A stretch of 36,726 nucleotides of DNA, taken from positions 163,617,860 to 163,654,585 of the forward strand of contig NC_068982.1 of NCBI RefSeq assembly GCF_001194135.2, read 5' to 3'. The position numbers were made by a program, and so were the translations under genes. Below are positions 1-11,124 of this stretch, one piece after another. The notes under the pieces were generated by a model. That model was not told the origin of the DNA, ran no database searches, and saw only the letters and a list, made by a program, of their open reading frames with translations. This stretch comes from Octopus bimaculoides (taxonomy: Eukaryota). Every line of letters begins with the position of its first letter. The first letter of the stretch is position 1.

Positions 1-1719
1 CAATTCTCATGCATCCTTATTTTTCCAACCATTATATACATGAACTACCATTGAACTTCAAAAGCTCAAAGACAATATAATGTATTGGTATATTTATTTT
101 TTTATATATTATTTTTTTTATATATTATTTTCTTAATTTTGTACTTCTTTGTAAAAAATATTTTCATTCTCCTTCTTGAAAATTTGCTTCGCAATGAAAG
201 CCAGTTAGAAGTCTTTATTAAAATATGCTTCCAGTTTAGCATTCTGCCTTATTCTTCATTTTCCTATTATTTCTCCACGTGCGGTTAACACAACCCCACT
301 ATTTACTGACTTATATATATAAATACACACACACACCTATATATATGCAAGCATGAGTGATGTAGATGGTCAAGCTACTGCTTGATATACTGCCAATGTG
401 TTGTGTTGTAGTCTTTGAACAAGATACTTAACTTTTGATGATATTTGGTACAAGTGGTTTGTTGCTGCAAGCAAAGGCAGTATTGCACAATTACAGTGTG
501 CTTTGTTCAATTCCTTCTGTAGGTATAGCCAGAAGCAGAAGAGTTGCTGGTTCTCTTCACTCTTACATATATATACCCAAGTGTAACAATAGCATTAACT
601 ATAATTTCAATCAACTTAGACATGAGAGTGAAAGAAGTTTCTCTTCCCCATTCTCTTTCTCTCTCTCTCTCTCTCTCTTATGCACACAAACACACAAATA
701 TTTGAAACTAAGTCCTGCATTGCACTTCTGATCAAGGCCTGACCTCAGATCAACAGGCTAAAACCTTAGGATTATATTCATCTCGTTTATCTTCTTCTCC
801 TTCTATCAATTAGTCACTATTACATAACTCAGTTATATGATCAGTCTATCAGGAGACCTCAATATTCATTATTAAAACATTTTCCACTTCTTTTTCAATA
901 AATTATTGAATGTGTTCCCACCAATAGTAGTATGAAACCATTATGAGATGAAGACATTTCACATCTGTCCATATATATAGCTACACAAACACATATCTTA
1001 TATAAACAGACACAAACTAAACATTCAAACATATAGATATATGAAGATATACATGCATATATATATACATACACATCTTTCTCTTTATATATATACATGT
1101 GTGTGTGCATGTGTGTACAGATATACAAAGATATAAAGTTATAGTCTCACATAAAAACACAGCTAAAAACATGCTCAAACATACCAAAACATATCCAAAT
1201 ACATACACATACATATTACCAAGACAAAACTAAACATTCATGTAGTTATACATACACATATATACATGAACATATTCCAGTAGACACCTATGTACATACA
1301 CAGAGCTTGTCACCATTGGTTGTTCTGTTCTTTGTTCTCTAGGAGAACCAGCAATAAATTCTGTTCCTCCAAAATATGTAAGCCATAAAACCAGATCTTC
1401 CAAATAACAGATCATTCTTCATTTTCTCTTTGAAGCCAGCCTCAAGCTTTGTAATATAAGTATTAGAATGTTTGGCCATACAGCAACTACAATTCACCAC
1501 AGAATATTCTAAGTTAGAAATAAAATAGTGAAAGGGTCAAAATATTGAACAAAATATTTTACAGAGCTTAAAGTTAAAGGTACAGCAATCACTTTGTTGT
1601 GGCGTTGGGTAGGAACAGGACACAAAAGTTTGCATACTACAGTCAACAAGGTTATCTGCCAGGAAGTTCTGTAATCTTGAACTGTTTGCACCTGCATACT
1701 GTGATATAACCATAGAATA

Positions 1720-1850
1720 AATATTGGTTACCTAGGTGATCTAATGTGGGGAATTTTACCTGCAAACAGACTGATGGAGGTGATGAAGGGAGCAGTTGCT
1801 TGGTTATCTATTCAGTACTGTGAAGTGCAAGTAGTGTTTGAACATTTAAA
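1720..1850 (+). mobile_element. Short, very degraded RTE-LINE RT fragment
   Basis: ttacctaggtgatctaat (YLGDL) matches the RTE fragment at 4488-4505. Confidence 0.5.
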
Positions 1851-1904
1851 CATACACACTCACACACCACTGCCACCACCACCACCACTACCATCATCAT
1901 CATC

Positions 1905-2165
1905 ATCATCATCCTCATCATCATCATCCTCATCATCATCATTATCAATTAATTAATGTCCAGCTTCCATGCTGGCATAAGTTGAACAGTTTCATGGGGT
2001 GTAATGAGTCAGATAGAAGGCCTGTGTCATGCACCAATATCTACATTGGCATAGTTTTTATGGTTAGATGTTGTCCAAACATAAACCACTTTACACAGTG
2101 TATGGGGTGCTTTTTTTTCTGTAGCACCAGCACTGGTGAGAATTGCCTCCTTACTTACAAGTCAT
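1905..2165 (-). mobile_element. Degraded RTE-LINE 3' tail element ending in (TGA)n
   Basis: (CAT)n run followed by gtccagcttccatgctggc...aaccactttacacagtgta, the reverse complement of the RTE tail consensus seen elsewhere in the window. Confidence 0.65.
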
Positions 2166-2589
2166 AAAGCCTGAAGTGGCCCCTATAACTGAGGGAGAAC
2201 AGAATAAAGTAGGTAATGATCCCAAGCAATAGGATGAGAAATGGTAAGAAGAAAGGATTGGGGAATATGGCAGGGAACAAAGGAGAGGAAAGGGATTAGT
2301 GACAGGGCAGTGGCAAAAAAGGGGTAACTTTTTCCTCATTTAGCAATTTAATCATATAAACACGCATACACACACATTCATAGACATATACATAAATATA
2401 TAAGTGTGCATACATTTTTGTATTCCTTTAATTGTTTAGTCAGTAGACTGTGGTCATGCTGGGACACTGTCCTGAAGGGTTTAGTCAGACAAATTGGCCC
2501 CAGTGCTTATTTTAAGCCTGGATCTATTAGCATCTTTTTATCAAACTTTGAAGGGGACGTAAACAAATCAACATTGGTCATCAACCAAT

Positions 2590-2745
2590 GGGCTTCCATA
2601 CAGTTTCCATCAACTAAATTCACTTATAAGGTATTGACTGGCTTGGGGTTATAGAAAAAGGAATTTGCCTGTGGTGTGGGATGGTGGACTGAACTCAAGA
2701 TCATGCTATTCCAAAGCAAACTTCTTAACCATATAACCATGTCAA
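2590..2745 (-). mobile_element. Degraded tRNA-derived SINE (family A)
   Basis: Reverse-complement similarity to the copies at 3146 and 34325 (agtttccatcaactaaattcac...ctgaactc...cttcttaaccatataaccatg). Confidence 0.6.
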
Positions 2746-2789
2746 CAATTCATATATATGTATATATATATTACATACTGATAATATGC

Positions 2790-3050
2790 CATGCTTGAGA
2801 AGACTCGTCAAGCCGAGTGAAATTGTAGTTGTGGGCGATGCCAGTTCCGCACAACTGACACCTTGTGCCACTGGCACGTGAAAAGCACCCATTACACTCT
2901 TGGAGTGGTTAGCATTAGGAAGGACATCCAACTGTAGAAACCATGCTAAATCAGATTGGAACCTGGTGCAGCTCTCCAGCTTACCAGTTTCAGTCAAACC
3001 GTCTAATCCATGCCAGCATGGAAAGCAGACGTTAAATGATGATGATGATA
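2790..3050 (+). mobile_element. 5'-truncated RTE-LINE 3' end
   Basis: atgcttgagaagactcgtcaagcc...ggagtggttagcattaggaaggacatcc...gttaaatgatgatgat, colinear with the 3' ends of the LINEs at 23960-24445 and 31015-31325. Confidence 0.8.
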
Positions 3051-3145
3051 TATATGTGTGTGTGTGTGTGTGTGGGCTTTTGTTACCAAATTAGCACCAT
3101 CTCCAACACTATCATTGTCATTATCTGTATTTATTTATATATATA

Positions 3146-3325
3146 GGTGCAGATGTGGCTGTGTGGTGAGAGGCTGGCTTCCCAACCACATGGTTCTGGG
3201 TTCAGTTTCATTGCATGGTAGCTTGGGTGTGTCTTCTACTGTAGCCTTGAGCTGACCACGGCTTTGTGAGTGGGTTTGGTGGACAGAAACTGAAAGAAGC
3301 CTGTCGTATATATTTATATATATGT
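3146..3325 (+). mobile_element. tRNA-derived SINE (family A, CORE-like central domain)
   Basis: A-box-like tggctgtgtggtgag, B-box-like gggttcagtttc, body cttgggtgtgtcttctactgtagcc...gaaactgaaagaagcctgtcg, and a (TA)n/(TG)n tail. Confidence 0.8.
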
Positions 3326-3334
3326 GTGTAACCT

Positions 3335-3795
3335 ACACAGGTGTCACATAACCAGCCCACTCAAAAAGTATCTTGGATCGTAGGGCGGCATGCTTGGTGT
3401 TTGAGCAGACCTATTGACTCAAGTACATCAAAATCAAAATCAGATCAAATCACAATCAAATAGCAATTGTAGTTGTGGTCACCGTGCCGGTGGCATGTAA
3501 AAAGCTCCATCTGAATGTGGTCATTGCCAGAACCCTTGCCCCTGTGCCGGTGGCACATAGAAAGCATCATCCGATCATGATCAATGCCAGCCCCCTCTGG
3601 TCCCTGTGCCGGTAGCACGTAAAAAAAGCATCCACTTCACTCTCAGAGTGGTTGGCGTTAGGAAGGGCATCCAGCTGTAGAAACACTGCCAGATCAGACT
3701 GAAGCCTGGTGCAGCCTCCTGGCTTCTCAGACCCCAGTCGAATCGTCCAACCCATGCCAGCAAGGAAAATGGATATTAAATGATGATGATGATAA
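3335..3795 (+). mobile_element. Non-autonomous element carrying the RTE-type 3' tail with internal gtgccggtggcac repeats
   Basis: Three gtgccggt(g/a)gca(c/t) units, then gagtggttggcgttaggaagggcatccagctgtagaaac, then (TGA)n. Confidence 0.8.
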
Positions 3796-3897
3796 TACAT
3801 ATACACACACAAATACATACATACATACATATATATGTATGTATGTACATATACATAAATATGCACATACATACATATGTATAACATACATAGATAT

Positions 3898-4292
3898 CAT
3901 CATCATCATCATCATCGTTTAACGTCCGCTCTCCATGCTAGCATGGGTTGGACGATTTGACTGAGGACTGGTGAAACCGGATGGCAACACCAGGCTCCAA
4001 TCTAATTTGGCAGAGTTTCTACAGCTGGATGCCCTTCCTAACGCCAACCAATCAGAGAGTGTAGTGGGTGCTTTTACGTGTCACCCGCACGAAAACGGCC
4101 ACACTCAAAATGGTGTCTTTTATGTGCCACCCGCACAAGCCAGTCCAGGGACACTGGTAACGATCTCACTCGAAAATCCTACGGGAGCCAGTCAGGCGGT
4201 ACTGGCAACGGCCACGCTCAAAATGGTGCATCTCATGTGCCACCCGCACAAGAGCCAGTCCAGGGGCACTGGCAACGATCTTACTTGATAAA
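3898..4292 (-). mobile_element. Young RTE-tail element with an internal ~100-bp unit duplication
   Basis: Near-identical to 21735-22030 and 34856-35024. The unit ...ggccac(a/g)ctcaaaatggtg...gccacccgcacaag... occurs twice. Confidence 0.85.
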
Positions 4293-4439
4293 CTTATATG
4301 AATGTATATAAACATAAAAATTGCATCATATGGTGTAACACTGTAAACAATGTGTAGTTTGATCACAGACAGGAAAAGATAGCTGTCATATATATCAGAT
4401 GTGCAGGTGCAGTAAGCACTAAGATCACCATTAAATTAA

Positions 4440-6110
4440 ATTCTCTCAAATACCTGGACAACTCACTAGAAGTAGTTGAAAGCTTTCGTTACCTAGGTGA
4501 TCTAATTAACTATGAGGACAGGAATTCTAAAAGAGCAGTAGCCAGAGTAAATATGTGTTGGAAAAGTTTCAGGGTGACAGATATTACCTCTGTTGGTGAC
4601 TAAAGGTTTTTCTCTTAGGGTGAAGGGCAGATTGCATGATACTTATGTATGAAGAGCTATAATTGTATGGTAGAGAGATGTGAGCCATAAATGCTAAGAA
4701 TTTGTGAAGACTAGAAAGAAATGAAATGAGCATTATCTGCAGCATATATAATACTAGCAGAGGCACCCGGCGTTGCTCGGGAATGAAATTGTTGCTTATA
4801 TACTTGAAGAAAAAAAGGCAAAATATGCTGTATAGAAACTTGAGAGGACATTCTGTAGATGGACTCTCAGATGAATGATGGCTGGGTGCCTCTCATGAAT
4901 GGGGAAAATTGAAGATGTGCCAAAAAGCCTCATTGGTACTTGGAAACTTTTACGAAAATTAAAATGGGGATTAAATGAAAAAAATGATTTACGTGAATAT
5001 CCTCACAAGAGTAATTGAAATAAATGGCGATTGTGGAACCCCCCACGCACGCGCGCGCGCATTTAACGTGTGTCTTTGTAAATATNNNNNNNNNNNNNNN
5101 NNNNNNNNNNNNNNNNNNNNNNNNNNNNNNNNNNNNNNNNNNNNNNNNNNNNNNNNNNNNNNNNNNNNNNNNNNNNNNNNNNNNNNNNNNNNNNNNNNNN
5201 NNNNNNNNNNNNNNNNNNNNNNNNNNNNNNNNNNNNNNNNNNNNNNNNNNNNNNNNNNNNNNNNNNNNNNNNNNNNNNNNNNNNNNNNNNNNNNNNNNNN
5301 NNNNNNNNNNNNNNNNNNNNNNNNNNNNNNNNNNNNNNNNNNNNNNNNNNNNNNNNNNNNNNNNNNNNNNNNNNNNNNNNNNNNNNNNNNNNNNNNNNNN
5401 NNNNNNNNNNNNNNNNNNNNNNNNNNNNNNNNNNNNNNNNNNNNNNNNNNNNNNNNNNNNNNNNNNNNNNNNNNNNNNNNNNNNNNNNNNNNNNNNNNNN
5501 NNNNNNNNNNNNNNNNNNNNNNNNNNNNNNNNNNNNNNNNNNNNNNNNNNNNNNNNNNNNNNNNNNNNNNNNNGTATGTGTGTGAGACAGAGTGAAAGAG
5601 CGGTGTGTATGTAGTATTTACTCTCTCTCTCTCTCATACACACTCACACACAAAATAGAGAGTGAAGCTTTTTGCCGTTGTTACGTCAATACCGGAAGTT
5701 GACATTGAGGAACCTTTTTAAAGAAGTGAATCTTAAATATAAAGCAATATTATTTATTTTTAATTAAAAAAATCAAATGAAGAGCCTAAGATTTATCCGA
5801 GGTCAAATTATTCATGCATTACAAGTATGGAAGCATTTGGTGAAGTCGATTTCGCGTGAAAAGCGATTACACACACATCTGTTTTATATATAGTATAGAT
5901 GAGTTTACATAAATGACAGAGATCAGATCAAGTGTGTAGGAGATAAGATTGTTGGTATGGGCATATCAAGTGTATGATGGACAATGGCTGTTTAAAGTAA
6001 GTACATGACCCTGGGAATGAGATGGAGGAAATGGTGAAGACCATCTTTATGACTGGGCCTCACAAAGATCATGAAGGACCGATATTTGGTGACAAACAGT
6101 GCTGTATAAT
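4440..6110 (+). mobile_element. Degraded RTE-LINE RT C-terminal fragment, split by a Helitron (RTE parts 4440-4753 and 5900-6110)
   Basis: Conceptual translation gives VESFRYLGDLI..AVARVNMCWKSFR..LLVTKGFSLRVKGRLHD. Sequence across the empty site (atataata|tgagtttacataaatgacagag) is colinear with the RTE at ~23690-23720. Confidence 0.8.
4754..5899 (-). mobile_element. Non-autonomous Helitron
   Basis: On the minus strand the 5' end is A|TCTATACTATATATAAAAC and the 3' end is a GC hairpin CCCGAGCAACGCCGGG followed 8 nt later by CTAG|T. The insertion is between A and T with no TSD. About 490 N lie inside. Confidence 0.85.
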
Positions 6111-7048
6111 GCCCTTCCAATTGTGAAAACCAGGGGTAATAAATGTTGAATAATGTTAGTTTACGGGGTCAAAAGAAATAAACAATTTCCTGCCTAATAC
6201 ACCCCTATTAACCTTTCATCTACTGCTCTTTCCACCTTTCTGATACTTTCTCATTTCTCTTTCATTTATCTCTTCATCATTCATCTCTTTCTATCTTTAT
6301 TATTCATCTCTATTACTCTTCTCTCATTTGCTCACATTCGTTCTACTAATTTGCTCTCCTATTCACATTACTATGCTACCTGCATACCAAATGATAGCAG
6401 TAGATCTCTTCCATTCTGTGCATCATGTTGCCCATTTAACTAGCAATCACAAAATTTGTTCTACCCTCTCAATCTCTGACGTTCATTCTTTCTCCTATGT
6501 GCTCCACCATCCTGTTAGTGTGAAGTGGTATTGGACTGGTGTGTATCTACTGCCACTCTTATCACTTGTACCTCTCCTGCCAAACAAGACATCTATGTAA
6601 TAGGAATAGCATCAAATCTGTTCTTAGCCAATACACTCTATCACATATTCCATGCTGCCCTCCATTACTCTCCCTCTTTTTGGTCATTCATTATTGACAC
6701 ACTCTCTTACCATCAACTATCTCTACCATCTGTAACTTAATCTCTCTCGTAGCAGTAACCATGTAGCTGCCACCCTTGCTTCTCTTCTACTACTCCTTAT
6801 AGCACTGCCTCAATCACTCTGTTTCAACTATCACACTCTTGCTTCCCTCACCTATGAACTGAAGTCCTGTCATCAATCTTCTATTGATCCTTTTTGGTTA
6901 TACATCTTAGAACAAATAGAGACACTGTAAGGAAGTACAGACTTTTTACACTAGCAGATTACAAGACAACCTCACTAGTACTGTTGCCACAATAAAATGC
7001 ACATCTATAAAATGGATGGAATGCAAACAGAGACAACATTGGGACAGA

Positions 7049-7299
7049 ATGATTCTTTAGTCTAGCCAATAGCATAAAAATACATTTTCACCATCATCCA
7101 AGTTAGTTCTTATTTTAAATTATTTCCTTCCTAGAAGGGTCAGAGAGTTTTGTCATGCTTGCCCTTTTCATGCCAGTATAGTTATTTCAGCTTGATACTC
7201 TTCATAACACCTATCACTTCACTGATTGTATTTGGTGACTTTTATCATGGCACCATCACTAGAATGGTTTTTATGCTATTGGCTAGACTAAAGAGTCAT
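7049..7299. repeat. Inverted repeat with ~38-bp arms (7049-7088 and 7262-7299)
   Basis: tctttagtctagccaatagcataaaaa and its exact reverse complement tttttatgctattggctagactaaaga. Confidence 0.85.
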
Positions 7300-7316
7300 C
7301 TGTCTATAACAAGAAA

Positions 7317-7447
7317 TGGCTCTGACGAAAGTAGCATTAAGTTTTTAGGTCGTTCAACTTTTCTCAACTGATCACTTGAGAAACTTCTCAGTAATGAACC
7401 CATAATTATTACTGGAAACAGCTGTAAGCCAAATTCACTCCAATAAA
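7317..7447 (+). ncRNA. Type I hammerhead-ribozyme-like motif (Penelope-LTR type) with expanded domain II, followed by AATAAA
   Basis: Stem I TGGCT(7317-21)/AGCCA(7427-31), core CTGACGA (7322-28) and GAAAC (7415-19), palindromic stem III ACAGCTGT, cleavage triplet GTA (7424-26), AATAAA at 7442-47. Confidence 0.6.
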
Positions 7448-7675
7448 GGTAACATATGTAATGACCATTATTTATACTTTGTCATATATATATATATATA
7501 TATANNNNNNNNNNNNNNNNNNNNNNNNNNNNNNNNNNNNNNNNNNNNNNNNNNNNNNNNNNNNNNNNNNNNNNNNNNNNNNNNNNNNNNNNNNNNNNNN
7601 NNNNNNNNNTATATATATTTATATATATATATATATATATATTGACAGGTAAGTGTAGAAGCTTATAAATATATA

Positions 7676-7908
7676 CAGAGTTGGCCAAAAGTCACCTGAC
7701 AGTAAATCAAAATTCCATAAATACTATCTGTAATTCTGTATTGACTTGAATGGAAAAATGTGTCACTCAAGAAGGACTTTTGTTTTAACATTTTTCATGA
7801 TGTTTCATATTTAGATGCTTATATTAAATTCATTCAGTTGTTAAACATACATAAATCTTGGAATTAAATGGTTTTGATTTACTGTCAGGTGACTTTTGGC
7901 CGACCCAG
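7676..7908. mobile_element. Tc1/mariner-type MITE
   Basis: 37-bp TIRs (34/37 matching: cagagttggccaaaagtcacctgacagtaaatcaaaa) flanked by TA on both sides. Confidence 0.9.
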
Positions 7909-7919
7909 TATGTAAAAGT

Positions 7920-8100
7920 GGACTGGTTGCAAAGAAGTTCAGCTCTCAACTCTCTGGTTTTGAGCTCAATCCCACTATATGATATATTAAGCAAGCATTT
8001 TCTACTATAGCTGCAGGCTGACGAAAGCCTTGTGAGTGGATTTAGTTGATAGAAACTGAAAGATGTGCATTGCATATTTGTGTATATACCTACGTGTGTG
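7920..8100 (+). mobile_element. Degraded tRNA-derived SINE (family A)
   Basis: ttctactatagctgcaggctgacgaaagccttgtgagtggatttagttgatagaaactgaaag followed by a (TG)n tail. Confidence 0.7.
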
Positions 8101-8461
8101 TGTGTGTGCGCGTGCATGTTTTTCTGTTTTGACATTGCATGATAACTGTTAAAAAACATGTCACCATCATACAAACCGTGTCATTTGTTTATAATCTTCT
8201 GTGGAAAACATGTCAGGCTGTTATGCTCTTCATGTTTGAAGGATTAAGAAAGCAGGTAAGGGCATCTAGCTATAGAAAATCTCCACCAAGGAACTTCATC
8301 TGACTCATTGATACAGGAAAGTGGATAATAAAAACAATGCTGATGAAGTGATACTAATACCCAGTTGTTAGAAGCCAATACACATCTGCTTTAGAGTAAA
8401 GCATTGAGTACAGAACATTATATCAATTTATGGATGGCAAGGAAATGGGAATTACATTATC

Positions 8462-8533
8462 AGCTTACATTTGTTTCTGCAATAAGAAGTGAGCTTGAGA
8501 GCTTGTGCAGCATCTTATAGCTTCCTCACAGCC
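8462..8533 (-). ncRNA. Degenerate hammerhead-like motif with long stem II
   Basis: Minus strand reads GGCT-GTGAGGA-A-GCTATAAGA...TCTTATTGC-A-GAAAC-AAATGTA-AGCT, with C3 replaced by G. Confidence 0.5.
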
Positions 8534-8544
8534 ATTAAAACAAA

Positions 8545-8645
8545 GTGTCTCCTACTATAGCTGCAAGGTAACCAAAACTTTGAGAGTGGATTTGGTTGAT
8601 GGAAACTGAGAGAAGCCCATTGTATGTACGTGCATACACAAACAT
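8545..8645 (+). mobile_element. 3' half of a family A SINE
   Basis: caaagtgtctcctactatagc...gagagtggatttggttgatggaaactgagagaagcccattgta. Confidence 0.65.
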
Positions 8646-10363
8646 ATATATGTATATGTATTAATATTGTGGTTCAGAATCACATTATTTAAAGTTTTAT
8701 ATATGTGAGAAAAACCCTTCTCATGTTTCAGATGCTTTTCCTTAATATACATATATATATACACACAAATGCATTCATATATATGTATGTATGTATGAAT
8801 CCACACACACACACACACACATATATATATACAGGTACGCCACCAATTTTCTGGCATTCTTGGTTCCAAAGCCTTGACAGATTAACCGCTTTGCTGGACT
8901 ATTTGTGATTACATAATAATTCATCAACACACCAAAGCAGACGCGGAGCCTGGGCAACTCTTCAGCTGGCCAGCTCCTGTCAAACTGTCCAACACATGCC
9001 AGCACGGAAAATGGATGCTAAATGATGATGAAGGTGATGATGCTACTCACCTACTAATTAAAACACCTCCCATATGTCTAAAGTACCATGAACAGTCCTA
9101 CTTTATCTTTGGCTGATATGGATAGGAGTATATGCTTGACACTCCTTCTGGTGCATAGACATAGCTTAGGGGGTAATTTTAAGCAAAATAAGCAGAGGAT
9201 CTCAAACTTTTCGCATCAGCACTAACAAGTGCAGTGTAAATAACATGTATAAACACACTGTACACACAATGCCACCTGTGGCTGCACAGTGAATTAGTCT
9301 TGCAACTACAGGGCATTTTGAATTACCCCACCCCTAATTTATCCAGGTTAAAAGAGGTTCTGGACCATTGGTTGTCAGAAAAACACACATATATATAATT
9401 CTCTTTTGGAACAATGAAACTCAAAGTAGATAAAGCTATAAATAATATACACATACACACACATGTATCTAATCATCATCATCCCCATTATAGTTTTCAT
9501 GTCCATTTTTCCATGCATGGCTTAGATGATAACTGATGAGGTAGATTCTTCTAAGCTGCATGCTTTTCCTGTCATCAAACTTTAACTGTTTTTAAGCAAA
9601 GTAATATTTACACTAGACTACTGAATAATGAACAATCAGGACATGGTTTTGCAGAGGATTATGAACAAATACAACTATTTGTATGAATGGTGACTTCTTG
9701 TTTACAATCAGTGTACAAAAGTAAGATAAGAATACTTTCTCTCTCTCATACAAGGAGGCTGTGTGTGTTTGGTGGGGGGGTGCACATGTGCAACAGGGTT
9801 CTTCCAGTTTCTGTCAACTAAATTTCATTCACAAAGTACCGATCAAATTGTTGCTATAGTACAAGATAACAGTTGACAGGATCTATTTAGTAGGACTCTG
9901 TTGGTCAGTGTCTACACACACACACATATATGTTTGTATATGTACATATGTGTGTTTGTTTATATACTTACATACATTTATATGAGTGTATAAATGTGTT
10001 CATAGGCAAGAGAAACTCTAGCCTTACATGGACAAAATGTTTTAAGTGCTAGTGCTATGAAACTCTGCACCCAGTGCACTCTGTAGTGTTGGTGATAAAT
10101 CATAGAAGTCATGCCAAAAATTAAGCAATATATGGTAACTGACCCATCTAGGCAGGTAGTAAGTTTGAATAAAAACTGATTGGCCTATAACAACAACCCG
10201 TCTGTTCGATACAATCATGGGAAAGCCAATGTAAAATGATGCCAATGATTAAAATGCACATAAATATTTTGCTTAGGCATTGCAAGACTAATAACCTGGT
10301 GTAGAACTCAATATATGTATACTTTGGAAAGAAATGTTAGACGAGTATAGAGTGGTAATAAGA

Positions 10364-10621
10364 AAATGAGATGACAAAGGAAAAATCGGTTATGCTGTGA
10401 ACTTCATTAGCTTACAGTTGTAAGATGCAGTGGACTCGTAGTTGTGTGTCTGAATAACACCTTATAGCTTCATTGGAGTCTTGAATATATGAAGTGTTCT
10501 GATGAAGCTATAAGGTGTTATATAGGCACTCAACTATGACTCTATTGCATCTTATAGCAGAAACAGCAGTAAGCTAATGAAGTTCATAACATAACTGTTG
10601 TTTTCCTTTGTCATCTCATTT
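10364..10621. repeat. Foldback element: two inverted copies of a hammerhead-bearing unit
   Basis: Arms are 10364-10476 and 10499-10621, with the outer 21 bp perfectly inverted (aaatgagatgacaaaggaaaa). The right arm contains CTGATGA-A-GCTATAAGGTGT...GCATCTTATAGC-A-GAAAC-AGCAGTA. Confidence 0.85.
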
Positions 10622-10826
10622 ATGTATACATATATATATATAAATAATATGCATGCATGTATGTATGTATATATGTATGTAGGTGTATGTATGTATGTGT
10701 AATTTTTAATAACAGCTTGACTCAGTCAAGCTGTTACTAAAAAATATATGTAACTCATACCAAAATGTGCTGAGTGCCACTTTCAGCTATCTATTCACTT
10801 GTTTGTGTGTGTGTGTGTGTGTACAT

Positions 10827-10863
<37 letters not shown>

Positions 10864-11093
10864 NNNNNNNNNNNNNNNNNNNNNNNNNNNNNNNNNNNNN
10901 NNNNNNNNNNNNNNNNNNNNNNNNNNNNNNNNNNNNNNNNNNNNNNNNNNNNNNNNNNNNNNNNNNNNNNNNNNNNNNNNNNNNNNNNNNNNNNNNNNNN
11001 NNNNNNNNNNNNNNNNNNNNNNNNNNNNNNNNNNNNNNNNNNNNNNNNNNNNNNNNNNNNNNNNNNNNNNNNNNNNNNNNNNNNNNNNNNNNN

Positions 11094-11124
<31 letters not shown>

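Noticed and set aside
2160-2189. 30-nt minus-strand exon-like segment with strong splice signals
   Set aside because: The donor lies in a decayed RTE-tail copy and the acceptor in a purine-skewed tract.
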